Assembly: GCA_005524015.1 (NCBI GenBank)
Contig: SULG01000002.1
Coordinates: 4,221 to 36,220, forward strand
From: Candidatus Jettenia ecosi
Lineage (GTDB): Bacteria > Planctomycetota > Brocadiia > Brocadiales > Brocadiaceae
Direction of reading: 5' to 3'
DNA length: 32,000 nt
Part shown: piece by piece, positions 9,477 to 18,310 of the stretch
Position numbering within the stretch: position 1 is the stretch's first letter
Layout: each line of letters opens with the position of its first letter
Notes under the pieces: generated by a model
Told to the model about the DNA's origin: nothing
The model's input: the letters and a program-made list of their open reading frames with translations, nothing else
The model's database searches: none
Program-made: the position numbers and the translations under genes

Positions 9477-9864
9477 CAAGTAGTTAATCTGACAAAGCAA
9501 AATGTATGTTATGCATACAGTGTTGTATGATTTAAAAACAGATAAACATACATATAAAGATTTTATTTTAGAATACTTATGATAATTTATAGGTAAAACA
9601 GTATGAACAACATACAGAAAGTACGAATAAAAATTTCTCTTTATGGAAAAGGGATACTCCAATAAATTAAATACATGTATTGTAATAAGTTATATTTTAA
9701 ATAGTTATACATTATCCTTATAAAAATTTTCACATAAGGCATTTCCTGGCAAGTACATTGCTTATGATGGGATGGCAATGTTATACAGCATTAAAAATAA
9801 TTTTGCATGGTATCTTGTTTCGGGTGTCTGTTTGAAGAAATAAACAAGATTAATAAAAGATGCA

Positions 9865-10857
9865 ATGAAACTAATTGAAAACTATAAAAAAATAAGAGTT
9901 GTGAATAAAGCGTTAAATACAGCGCCAAATCATGTGAAGATGGAAGTAAACCATTATGCCCTTGTTGAAACATTTGTAGATGCTATTATATCGGCAAATC
10001 AGGAAGGGTGTATTGTTTACTGTAACCCTGCGGCAAAAAAGATGTTTGGATATCAGGAAGAAATCATTGGTTGCGATATTACCATCCTTATGCCTGAACG
10101 ATATCGGCTAAAATATCAAATAGGTATGACGAAGTACATAAATACAGGGCTAACAAGGATTATGGGACAAACCATAGAGTTAGTTGGTTTAAAGAAGGAT
10201 GGTATTGAATTTCCCATAGAGTTATCTGTATCGGCATGCGTGGTTGATGATCGATATTTTTTTACCGGTATTATCCGGGATATTACTGAAAGAAAGTGTA
10301 CGGAGTCTAAACTCCTTGAATCTAACAGGAAATTGCAAGAGCTTTCTATTAAGGATAGTTTAACGAATTTATATAATCGGCGTCATACCTTTCATGTAAT
10401 GGAAATTGAATTCAACAGGGCAAAAAGATATCAAAACTCTCTCTCATGTTTAATGATCGATATAGATTATTTTAAAAATATCAATGATATTTATGGTCAT
10501 CCCTTTGGAGATAAAGTACTCATACATTTTTCCTCCTTTTTACTCAATATGATACGCTCTACCGATATAGTTTCCCGGTATGGAGGTGAGGAGTTTCTTG
10601 TTATTCTTCCTGATGTAGATATAAAGGGCGCTACGGACTTTGCTGAAAGATTACGGGAAGCCGTATCTAGACATACTATAGAGGATAAAGAAAGGAATAT
10701 AAATGTGGCGTTGAGCATTAGTGTTGGAGTCAGCTCTTTTACCGATAGCACACTTAATAAAGAAGAAATAATAAGCCTGGCAGATAAAGCCCTTTACGAG
10801 GCCAAGCGATCGGGAAGAAACAGAGTTTGCTGTATTCAAACTTGTAAGACTGTTTAA
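9865..10857 (+). CDS. PAS-GGDEF diguanylate cyclase
   Basis: PAS ('ALVETFVDAIISANQEGCIVYCNPAAKKMFGY') then 'KDSLTNLYNRRHTF' and active 'YGGEEF'. RxxD (RSTD) five residues upstream matches an inhibitory site. Confidence 0.95.
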   Translation: MKLIENYKKIRVVNKALNTAPNHVKMEVNHYALVETFVDAIISANQEGCIVYCNPAAKKMFGYQEEIIGCDITILMPERYRLKYQIGMTKYINTGLTRIMGQTIELVGLKKDGIEFPIELSVSACVVDDRYFFTGIIRDITERKCTESKLLESNRKLQELSIKDSLTNLYNRRHTFHVMEIEFNRAKRYQNSLSCLMIDIDYFKNINDIYGHPFGDKVLIHFSSFLLNMIRSTDIVSRYGGEEFLVILPDVDIKGATDFAERLREAVSRHTIEDKERNINVALSISVGVSSFTDSTLNKEEIISLADKALYEAKRSGRNRVCCIQTCKTV

Positions 10858-10907
10858 AAAGCATAACTGTATCCGTATCTTTAAAACACTAAGAGGAACA
10901 CAAGACG

Positions 10908-10949
10908 TAGAGACGCAAGGTTTAGAGACGCAAGATTTTGCGTCTCTAC
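10908..10949. repeat. Short repeat/hairpin, possible terminator-like structure
   Basis: GTAGAGACGCAAGGTTTAGAGACGCAAGATTTTGCGTCTCTAC: direct copies of AGAGACGCAA followed by the inverse TTGCGTCTCT. Confidence 0.7.
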
Positions 10950-11091
10950 AGAGGAATGAACCCCATATGCATCAAGCTAACATGTGTAAACGGTGAAGAA
11001 TAACATAATCCCCCTTTAGAAAAGGGGGAAATCCAATCCCCCTTTGATCCCCCTTTAAAAAAGCTTATCCTTACCCACATCTTTTCAATCC

Positions 11092-11151
11092 CTTGCGGGT
11101 TCAATTTTGTAAATTGAACCCCTATATTTTGCATAGTCGATAGCTCATAGC
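11092..11151. repeat. 60-bp dispersed repeat (family C), copy 2, inverted relative to copy 1
   Basis: CCCTTGCGGGTTCAATTTTGTAAATTGAACCCCTATATTTTGCATAGTCGATAGCTCATA is the near-perfect reverse complement of 4729-4788. Confidence 0.88.
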
Positions 11152-11444
11152 GTTTTCATGGTTAAATACATAAGGAAATATTCCAAATTGAGGGTTCAGG
11201 TTATAAACCCGAACCCGCCCAAGGATCGATCATTGATCAGATTATCGTTCGAATGTCAGGTTCCATAACAATAATGCAAGCCCGAAGAGCGGCATGATTA
11301 TAGAGAATGCACTACGAGAGAATTTTAAGCAGTTGAAATTGTCATTGACATTAATTTTGTAAACTTGTAAAATGCCATTTTCTCAGTGACAGATACTTGT
11401 ATGATAAGTAGTTACAATAATTCCCATTGTTGCATGAAATAAAT

Positions 11445-11822
11445 ATGTATATTGGCATTGATATAATAGAAATAAAACGTATTGAGAGATTATTTTCTTC
11501 TAATGAGGGTTTTCTGAGGAAAATTTATACGGAAAAAGAAGTAGAATACTGTAATCAAAAAAAGAATAAGTATCAGCATTTTGCAGCACGTTTTGCTACC
11601 AAAGAGGCTGTATTCAAGGCGTTAGGGACAGGCTGGATAGGCGCTATGAAATGGACAGATATTGAGTTGTTAAACGACGAAATGGGAAAACCGTATTTGA
11701 ACCTTTATGGAAGTGTAAAAGAACTGGCAAATAAAAAGAATATTAACAATATTTCCGTATCAGTATCCCATTGCCGGGATTATGCTATTGCTCAGGTATT
11801 ATTAGTGCCGGGTAGTATGTGA
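11445..11822 (+). CDS. acpS: Holo-[acyl-carrier-protein] synthase (4'-phosphopantetheinyl transferase)
   Basis: 'MYIGIDIIEIKRIERL', 'FAARFATKEAVFKALG', 'ISVSVSHCRDYAIA' match the AcpS signature. An alternative upstream ATG is at 11427. Confidence 0.95.
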   Translation: MYIGIDIIEIKRIERLFSSNEGFLRKIYTEKEVEYCNQKKNKYQHFAARFATKEAVFKALGTGWIGAMKWTDIELLNDEMGKPYLNLYGSVKELANKKNINNISVSVSHCRDYAIAQVLLVPGSM

Positions 11823-11912
11823 AAATCTCAAACAGGGAAAAGTATAAAGGGTATCGATGTGATTTTTATAGATAAGTTTTGACAATACTTACTAACGCCA
11901 GAGGGAACTTTC

Positions 11913-13391
11913 ATGAAAAAACTCGTACTGATTAATCCTCATCCGATTGGAAATGTTGGGGAGGAAAATGTATCTGTGCTAAATCAAATGCCGGTGAATC
12001 TCGGTTATCTTAAGAGATTGACACCGCGGCATTGGCAGGTTGATATTATTGATGAGACCCAGGAGCTTGCTATTGATAGCGCAGGAAATATTACTTTCAG
12101 TGGGGCAGATCTGGTGGGTATTACATCGGTGAGTTATCAGGCTCATCGCGCCTACCAAATAGCTACTGCCTGCAAAAAAAAAGGCATACCTGTCATTATG
12201 GGCGGAATTCATGCTACGAGCTATCCGGAAGAGGTTGCAAAATATGTGGATTGTGTTGTTACGAGAGAGGCTATAACAATCTGGGAAAAGATACTGGCTG
12301 ATTTTGAAAATGGTGTTCTTCAAAAGAGATACGATGGTAATCTGACACCTATGGAGCTTTATCGTGATCTGAGGTCCGATAGGGAATATTTGAAGAATAA
12401 ATACAAATATAGATATTCAGGCATCATAACGACGGCCGGATGCCCGTTTAGTTGCGAGTTTTGTTCTGTTCCTCAATTTCAGGGTAAAAAATATCGGGAA
12501 AGGCCTGTTGAAGACGTCCTGGATGAATTAGAATCCATTAAGGGTCAATATCGTGGCCTGATATTAACGGATGAAAACTTTTATGGACATAGTAAAAAAT
12601 CCAACGAGCGTGTTCGTGCACTTTTCAAGGGTATGGTAGAAAGAGGTATTTATCAAAACTGGTTTGGTTTTACCTCTCTTAATATTTACTCAGATGACGA
12701 AACCCTTGAATATATGGTCAGGAGTGGATGCGTTGGGATGCTTATTGGAATTGAATCTATCAACGAAGAAGCCCTGAAAACCATGAATAAGAATGTGAAT
12801 TTGCGTATCTCAATAGAGAAGTACTTCGAGGCAATTGCTAACATCCGTAAACACGGTCTTGCTGTATGGGGGACTATGGTTTTCGGAAACGATGCCGATA
12901 CGCCTGAGACATTTAAGCAAGTTGCTGATTTTGTCTTGGATTCTCATGTAGATATTATGACGTGCGGTATTTTATGTCCATTTATTAACACGCCGCTTTA
13001 TCATAGATTAAAAAGCGATAATAGACTTTTTCGGACAAATTTTCCTGAGGACTGGAAGTACTATACATCTCATCACCTTACCTATATCCTCAAAAATATG
13101 TCTCTCCAGGAGCTTATTGATGGCTTTCAATATCTCTATGATAAAATTTATGCTACGGAGGTGTTACGGCAAAGATTCCAGAATGCTAAGGACGTGTTGA
13201 GTAAGAATATGAATGCCGCTATGTTTGCATTCAGGGTCAATTTAGATTGGCAGAACGTGTATCAGCACCTGATCCAAAATTTAAAAGCATTGCAGGTATC
13301 GGGATTTTACGATAGGGTCCTGAAGCTCTATAATGAATCGGAAAGACAAGGGGAAAAAACATCATTGACGCCAATTGAGGTCCCATCATAA
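11913..13391 (+). CDS. B12-binding-domain-type radical SAM enzyme
   Basis: N-terminal Rossmann/B12-binding-like region ('GADLVGITSVSYQAHRAYQIATACKKKGIPVIMGGIHAT'), then the CxxxCxxC cluster motif 'CPFSCEFC'. Confidence 0.93.
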   Translation: MKKLVLINPHPIGNVGEENVSVLNQMPVNLGYLKRLTPRHWQVDIIDETQELAIDSAGNITFSGADLVGITSVSYQAHRAYQIATACKKKGIPVIMGGIHATSYPEEVAKYVDCVVTREAITIWEKILADFENGVLQKRYDGNLTPMELYRDLRSDREYLKNKYKYRYSGIITTAGCPFSCEFCSVPQFQGKKYRERPVEDVLDELESIKGQYRGLILTDENFYGHSKKSNERVRALFKGMVERGIYQNWFGFTSLNIYSDDETLEYMVRSGCVGMLIGIESINEEALKTMNKNVNLRISIEKYFEAIANIRKHGLAVWGTMVFGNDADTPETFKQVADFVLDSHVDIMTCGILCPFINTPLYHRLKSDNRLFRTNFPEDWKYYTSHHLTYILKNMSLQELIDGFQYLYDKIYATEVLRQRFQNAKDVLSKNMNAAMFAFRVNLDWQNVYQHLIQNLKALQVSGFYDRVLKLYNESERQGEKTSLTPIEVPS

Positions 13392-13450
13392 AACCTGTCA
13401 ACGATGGAAGCTTATTCTCATGGTCTTTTTACGTTATATTAACAATTAAC

Positions 13451-13491
13451 AGGTCAACGTATCCACGGGAGATGAGTGAATACGTTGACCT
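13451..13491. repeat. Perfect 12-bp inverted repeat (hairpin)
   Basis: AGGTCAACGTAT ... ATACGTTGACCT, 17-nt loop, 60 nt after the radical SAM stop. Confidence 0.75.
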
Positions 13492-13576
13492 CTGTTGTTT
13501 TACCAGTTAAAATAGATATACCAGTAGAGTTCATAATTACAGAAAATAGCGCACGGGCAAGAATGGAGCATAGGTT

Positions 13577-13726
13577 ATGCCATCCACAAAGGATAAATCA
13601 AGAAGCAGGGAGTTTGATATAATCGCTTTTATCGAGGCACTGAAAGAGGTTTACGATTACTTTCCCGAGTATAAAGGAAAAAGAATAATTCCCATATTTT
13701 CTTCCCTTTCTATTTTACTTGAGTAA
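13577..13726 (+). pseudogene. Probable remnant of a PD-(D/E)XK-like nuclease-family protein
   Basis: 49-codon ORF MPSTKDKSRSREFDIIAFIEALKEVYDYFPEYKGKRIIPIFSSLSILLE. 'REFDIIA' and 'FPEYKGKRIIPIFSSL' resemble the flanks of a nuclease-like core with the catalytic centre missing (family resemblance recalled, not searched). Confidence 0.4.
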
Positions 13727-13765
13727 TTACAATTTTAACAACCTACGAATGAGGTATTATTTCTG

Positions 13766-14995
13766 ATTACTGAAAAAAATAAGTCAAAAGTAGTAATTAC
13801 CGGATTAGGACTGGTTACCCCTGTTGGGATAGGTGTTCAAAAAAGTTGGGAATCTTTTATCCATGGCTGCGATGGAGCTAATGAGATGAAGTCGTTCGAT
13901 ACCTCCCGGTACAAGGTTCACCGTTCTTGTGAGGTAAAGGATTTTCATCTGGATGTTGAATTAGAGAACCAGATAAAGGAAAACACCATCCATAAATATG
14001 TTTATTATGCAGCCCGGGAGGCGTTACAGGAAAGCGGTTTGTTGCATGATAAGAGCAGTTTTGATAAGGAACGTTTTGGTATTGCTATGGGAACCTTAGC
14101 TGCTGAATTAACACCTCATGAAAGACTTTTACGATTACATGCCTCAAAAAAAGATAACGGTTTTGATAAGATTGTCGCTGCTGTTTATCCTCCGAATTCT
14201 ATTACGAATATCCTTGCTCAATATTTTCACTTTGAAGGGCCTGCCATGGTCTCACTGAATGCCTGTTCTTCAGGTAATCATGCCATTGCATGGGCTTACG
14301 ACCTTCTTAGAGAAAATAAGGTAGATGTTGTAATGGTTGGTGGAGGGGATATGATCCCTCAAACGGAATTTACTCATTTCCATAATCTCAAAGCGCTTGC
14401 TCCTGAACACTGTCAGCCTTTTGATAAAAACAGGCAAGGACTCATGATTGGAGAAGGAGCCGGTATCTTGATCATGGAACGTTATGAATTTGCCAGGAAA
14501 AGGGGGGCGGTTATTATTGCTGAAATGGCGGGTTATGGATTAAGCTGTGATGGATTCCATATGACAGCGCCTCATCCGGAAGGTGAAGGTGCTGTAAAAT
14601 GTATGGGTGATGCGCTAAAAATGGCAAGGCTTTCTCCGTCTGATATTGGCTATATCAATGCACATGGTACGGGTACGCCACATAATGATAAGGCGGAGAC
14701 TATTGCTATAAAACACTTGTTCAAAGATCATGCTTATACCATTCCCTGCAGTTCTACAAAATCCATGATAGGCCATCTTATGGGTGCAGCAAGCGCTGTA
14801 GAATCTGTTATATGCTGTCTTGCATTACGATACGGAATATTGCCTCCGACAATTCATTACCATACACCTGATCCGGAGTGTGACCTTGATTACTTACCTA
14901 ACAGGGCGCGGGAGTTAACCGTTCAGCATGTTTTAAATAACTCATTTGCCTTTGGTGGTAATAACGCTACCACGATATTCAGTAAAATAGAATAG
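13766..14995 (+). CDS. Beta-ketoacyl synthase (FabF/KSalpha-like), intact catalytic triad; non-ATG start
   Basis: Catalytic Cys in 'NACSSG', His in 'NAHGTGTPHNDKAET' and 'KSMIGHLMGAAS'. The canonical N-terminus 'KSKVVITGLGLVTPVGIG' lies upstream of the ATG at 13886 in the same frame. Confidence 0.93.
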   Translation: MTEKNKSKVVITGLGLVTPVGIGVQKSWESFIHGCDGANEMKSFDTSRYKVHRSCEVKDFHLDVELENQIKENTIHKYVYYAAREALQESGLLHDKSSFDKERFGIAMGTLAAELTPHERLLRLHASKKDNGFDKIVAAVYPPNSITNILAQYFHFEGPAMVSLNACSSGNHAIAWAYDLLRENKVDVVMVGGGDMIPQTEFTHFHNLKALAPEHCQPFDKNRQGLMIGEGAGILIMERYEFARKRGAVIIAEMAGYGLSCDGFHMTAPHPEGEGAVKCMGDALKMARLSPSDIGYINAHGTGTPHNDKAETIAIKHLFKDHAYTIPCSSTKSMIGHLMGAASAVESVICCLALRYGILPPTIHYHTPDPECDLDYLPNRARELTVQHVLNNSFAFGGNNATTIFSKIE

Positions 14996-15008
14996 TCTTT
15001 ACATACGT

Positions 15009-16238
15009 ATGAAACGAAGAGTCGTAGTTACAGGAATAGGGATTGTATCACCTCTTGGATTTACCAAAGAGGATTTTTGGAATAACCTCATAGAGGGAAA
15101 ATCGGGCATTGTGCCAATGACATCTCTTGATCTCTCACCCTATACATGCAAGCTTGGCGGAGAGGTTAGAGACCTTCATCCCGAGATCTATCTTGGCAAT
15201 AAAGGTTTGAAGTACTTACATAAAGGCACAAGGTTCTTAGGGTCGGCCACGAAGATGGCGCTTGATGATGCAAAGTTACCACAGGATAGTTCTTTATCGG
15301 ATCAAATAGGTGTGGTTATTGGGTCGTCTTTAGGCAATTTTTCTGAAACAACAGATTATTTCTATGAGATTATCAGAAATAATCCTTCAGAATTATCGCC
15401 GATGGTCAGCTATGATGTTGCATTAAATTCTTCAATTAACTACGTTTCTGTTACCTTTAAGATAAAAGGACTTGCACGGACTATATCAGCAGGTTTCACA
15501 TCAAGTGCGGATGCGATAGGGAATGCATATGGTATAATTCAGCGAGATATGGCCAAAGTTATTGTTGCGGGCGGAGTCGAGCAGATTTCCATCGATCTGT
15601 ATCTCATATTTTACCTGCGGGGTCTCTTATCAGGTCTCGATGGCACAAAGGAGGCTAGTTTACCCTTCGATAACAAAAGGAATGGTTTTGTAATGTCTGA
15701 AGGCAGTTATGTAGTTATTCTCGAAGAGCTTCAGCATGCTCTGGACAGAGGAGCGCCTATCTACGCAGAAGTAAGAGGCTTTGGAAATGCCTTTGTAGGT
15801 GGTAAAAATTATTCGAAAGAGGAAAGGGCGCGCCGTGTTGAAAGGGCTATGTACAGCGCCTTAGAAGAAGCAGATATTAAGAAAGAAACTATTGATCTTA
15901 TCAGCGCAAATGCAAATGGATGCAAGATGCAGGATGCTATTGAAGCACAGACAATCCAATCCTTTTATGGCTCAAAGGGCAATGATATTCCTATCTCGGC
16001 AATAAAATCGAATATGGGTGAATCTTATGGCGCCGCAGGCGCTGCTCAGTTTATTTCTGCTGTCATGTCTATACATACCGGCACAATACCCCACATCATC
16101 AATCACAACGAAAAAGATCCGAAAGTTAATCTGAATCTTATCCTGCAGAATCCCGTCAGGAAAGAAATTCAAAATGCAATGGTAAACACCATGGATTACG
16201 ATGGAAATAATTCATGTTTGGTGATAAGTAAATTATGA
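15009..16238 (+). CDS. Ketosynthase-like protein lacking Cys-His-His triad (KSbeta/chain-length-factor-like)
   Basis: KS fold motifs 'MKRRVVVTGIGIVSPLG' and 'IKSNMGESYGAAG'. The active-site Cys position is Phe ('ISAGFTSSADAIG') and the His positions are Asn ('ANANGC') and Glu ('GES'). Confidence 0.92.
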   Translation: MKRRVVVTGIGIVSPLGFTKEDFWNNLIEGKSGIVPMTSLDLSPYTCKLGGEVRDLHPEIYLGNKGLKYLHKGTRFLGSATKMALDDAKLPQDSSLSDQIGVVIGSSLGNFSETTDYFYEIIRNNPSELSPMVSYDVALNSSINYVSVTFKIKGLARTISAGFTSSADAIGNAYGIIQRDMAKVIVAGGVEQISIDLYLIFYLRGLLSGLDGTKEASLPFDNKRNGFVMSEGSYVVILEELQHALDRGAPIYAEVRGFGNAFVGGKNYSKEERARRVERAMYSALEEADIKKETIDLISANANGCKMQDAIEAQTIQSFYGSKGNDIPISAIKSNMGESYGAAGAAQFISAVMSIHTGTIPHIINHNEKDPKVNLNLILQNPVRKEIQNAMVNTMDYDGNNSCLVISKL

Positions 16239-18259
16239 GCAAACTGTTTGAAGAAATACCTGTCGGTCAGATGACAGTAAAAAACAGGATAATCATGTCT
16301 GCCATGGATTTGGGATTTACTTCTGACGGTACAGTGAATGACCGGATTATTCGTTTTTACGAGGATCGTGCCAAAGGCGGTGTCGGCCTCATTGTTGTAG
16401 GCGGTTGTTATCCGGAAATAAATGGCAAGGTTTGGAAGAGTATTATTGGATTAGACAAGGATGAGCTTATTCCGGGATTACGAAGATTGACAGATACTGT
16501 TCATGCCTATTATCAGGTGCGTATCGCCGCTCAGTTGCTTCACGGTGGCCGCAGCGCCTCATCCTTCTTTACAAAAATGCAGCCTGTTTCTCCCTCTCCC
16601 CTGGTGCACAGAAGTATCAAACAGGAACCTCATGCCCTGACAGTTTCAGAGATTAAAACGGTTATCGGTAATTATGTCAGCGCAACCGTAAGGGCAAAAA
16701 AGGCCGGCTTCGATGCCGTGGAGCTTCACGGTGGCATGGGATACCTCATTAATCAATTCCTTTCAAAGGCTACTAATAAGCGTGATGATGAGTATGGTGG
16801 AAGTCTTGAAAACAGGGTTCGTTTTGCCAGGGAGATAATAATCGCCATAAAAGAAGCCGTTGGGAAGGACTACCCCATCATCTTTCGAATGTCAGGAGAT
16901 GATCTTGTTGCGGAAGGGCTCAAAATAGATGAGAGTCTGGAAATTGCCCGGATGTTAGAGCAATCAGGCGCTGATGCCTTTAACGTATCTCCTGGCTGGC
17001 ATGAAAGCAGAACGCCTATCCTGTCAATGATTATTCCACGGATGGCTTACACCTTTCTTTCACAAAGGATCAAATCATGCGTAAAAGTTCCGGTAATTGC
17101 CTCAGTCAGAATAAACGATCTTACCTTGGCCGGAGAGATCTTAGACAATGAGCAGGCAGACATGGTATCCCTTGGCAGACCACTCATCGTAGATCCTGAT
17201 CTGCCGAATAAATATAAAAACGGGCAATTTGATGATATCAGAACATGCATTGCTTGTAATCAGGGTTGCTTTGATTCTTTGCTGAATTTTAAATCCGTTT
17301 CCTGTACGTATAATGCAATGGCAGGGCATGAAGGTGAATATAAAATAATTCCATCGGGCAAACCGAAAAAGGTGGTGGTCGTAGGTGGAGGACCTGCCGG
17401 TATGGAAGCTGCCCGTGTTTTGGCATTACGGGGACACAGGGTTACCTTGTATGAGAGGAAAAAACACCTGGGTGGTCAATTACGGTATGCCTTTATTCCT
17501 CCGGGACGTGAAGAAATACAAAATATTATCACCTACCTGGAAAAACAGATTTTCAGGCTTAAGGTACATATAAAAATCGGAAAAGAGGCTGATTTACAAA
17601 CGTTACAGGAGGAACATCCCGATGCCATAGTTGTAGCCACGGGCGGAAATCCTGTCATGCCCGACCTTCCCGGTATAAAAGGGAAACAGGTGTATACAGC
17701 AAGTACTATATTGGAGGGAAAAGTTTTATCGGGAAAGGACGTGGTCATACTTGGCGGTGGAACTGTAGGATGTGAGGTGGCGTTGCACATAGCCAAACAG
17801 GGAACAATGAGGCCTGATGTGGCTTGTTTTCTGTTAAAACACAAGGTGCTCAGCGACAGGGATGTCATTGAATACACTACAAGGGGAAATAAGAGTGTCA
17901 CCATTCTGGAAATGAAAAAGAAAATAGGTGGCGGATTTGGTATTTCCACACGATGGGTTATTCTCAATGAATTAAAAGATGCGGGGGTAAAAGAAATAAC
18001 AGAAGTGCGGGTGAAGGAAATAATAAATACGAATGAAAATGGCAGAAAAACGGAAGGCGTCGTTTATGAAAAGGGCGGAAAAGATTATTTTATCAAGGCC
18101 GATACCGTTATTATTGCTGTCGGGTACAGTCCTTATAACGATATACAAAAGCAGATAGAAGGAAAGTTTCCGGAGATGTATTGTATTGGTGATTGCGTTA
18201 AGGTTCGCACTGTATTAGAAGCTATTCACGAAGGTTTTGAAGTCGCCTTAAAGATATAA
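16235..18259 (+). CDS. OYE / 2,4-dienoyl-CoA reductase-like FMN/FAD/Fe-S oxidoreductase
   Basis: N-terminal OYE barrel, Cys-rich cluster 'CIACNQGC..', 'KKVVVVGGGPAGMEAARVLALRGH' FAD motif and a second dinucleotide motif 'VVILGGGTVGCEVA'. The ATG overlaps the upstream stop (ATGAG). Confidence 0.93.
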   Translation: MSKLFEEIPVGQMTVKNRIIMSAMDLGFTSDGTVNDRIIRFYEDRAKGGVGLIVVGGCYPEINGKVWKSIIGLDKDELIPGLRRLTDTVHAYYQVRIAAQLLHGGRSASSFFTKMQPVSPSPLVHRSIKQEPHALTVSEIKTVIGNYVSATVRAKKAGFDAVELHGGMGYLINQFLSKATNKRDDEYGGSLENRVRFAREIIIAIKEAVGKDYPIIFRMSGDDLVAEGLKIDESLEIARMLEQSGADAFNVSPGWHESRTPILSMIIPRMAYTFLSQRIKSCVKVPVIASVRINDLTLAGEILDNEQADMVSLGRPLIVDPDLPNKYKNGQFDDIRTCIACNQGCFDSLLNFKSVSCTYNAMAGHEGEYKIIPSGKPKKVVVVGGGPAGMEAARVLALRGHRVTLYERKKHLGGQLRYAFIPPGREEIQNIITYLEKQIFRLKVHIKIGKEADLQTLQEEHPDAIVVATGGNPVMPDLPGIKGKQVYTASTILEGKVLSGKDVVILGGGTVGCEVALHIAKQGTMRPDVACFLLKHKVLSDRDVIEYTTRGNKSVTILEMKKKIGGGFGISTRWVILNELKDAGVKEITEVRVKEIINTNENGRKTEGVVYEKGGKDYFIKADTVIIAVGYSPYNDIQKQIEGKFPEMYCIGDCVKVRTVLEAIHEGFEVALKI

Positions 18260-18310
18260 CACATTTTTACCCCAGATAGACACAGAAAAGCAGAGATAAC
18301 AATAAGGGTT

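Noticed and set aside
13577-13726. 49-aa ORF considered as the missing acyl carrier protein
   Set aside because: No DSL/DSxD phosphopantetheine motif and too short; sequence is unlike ACP.
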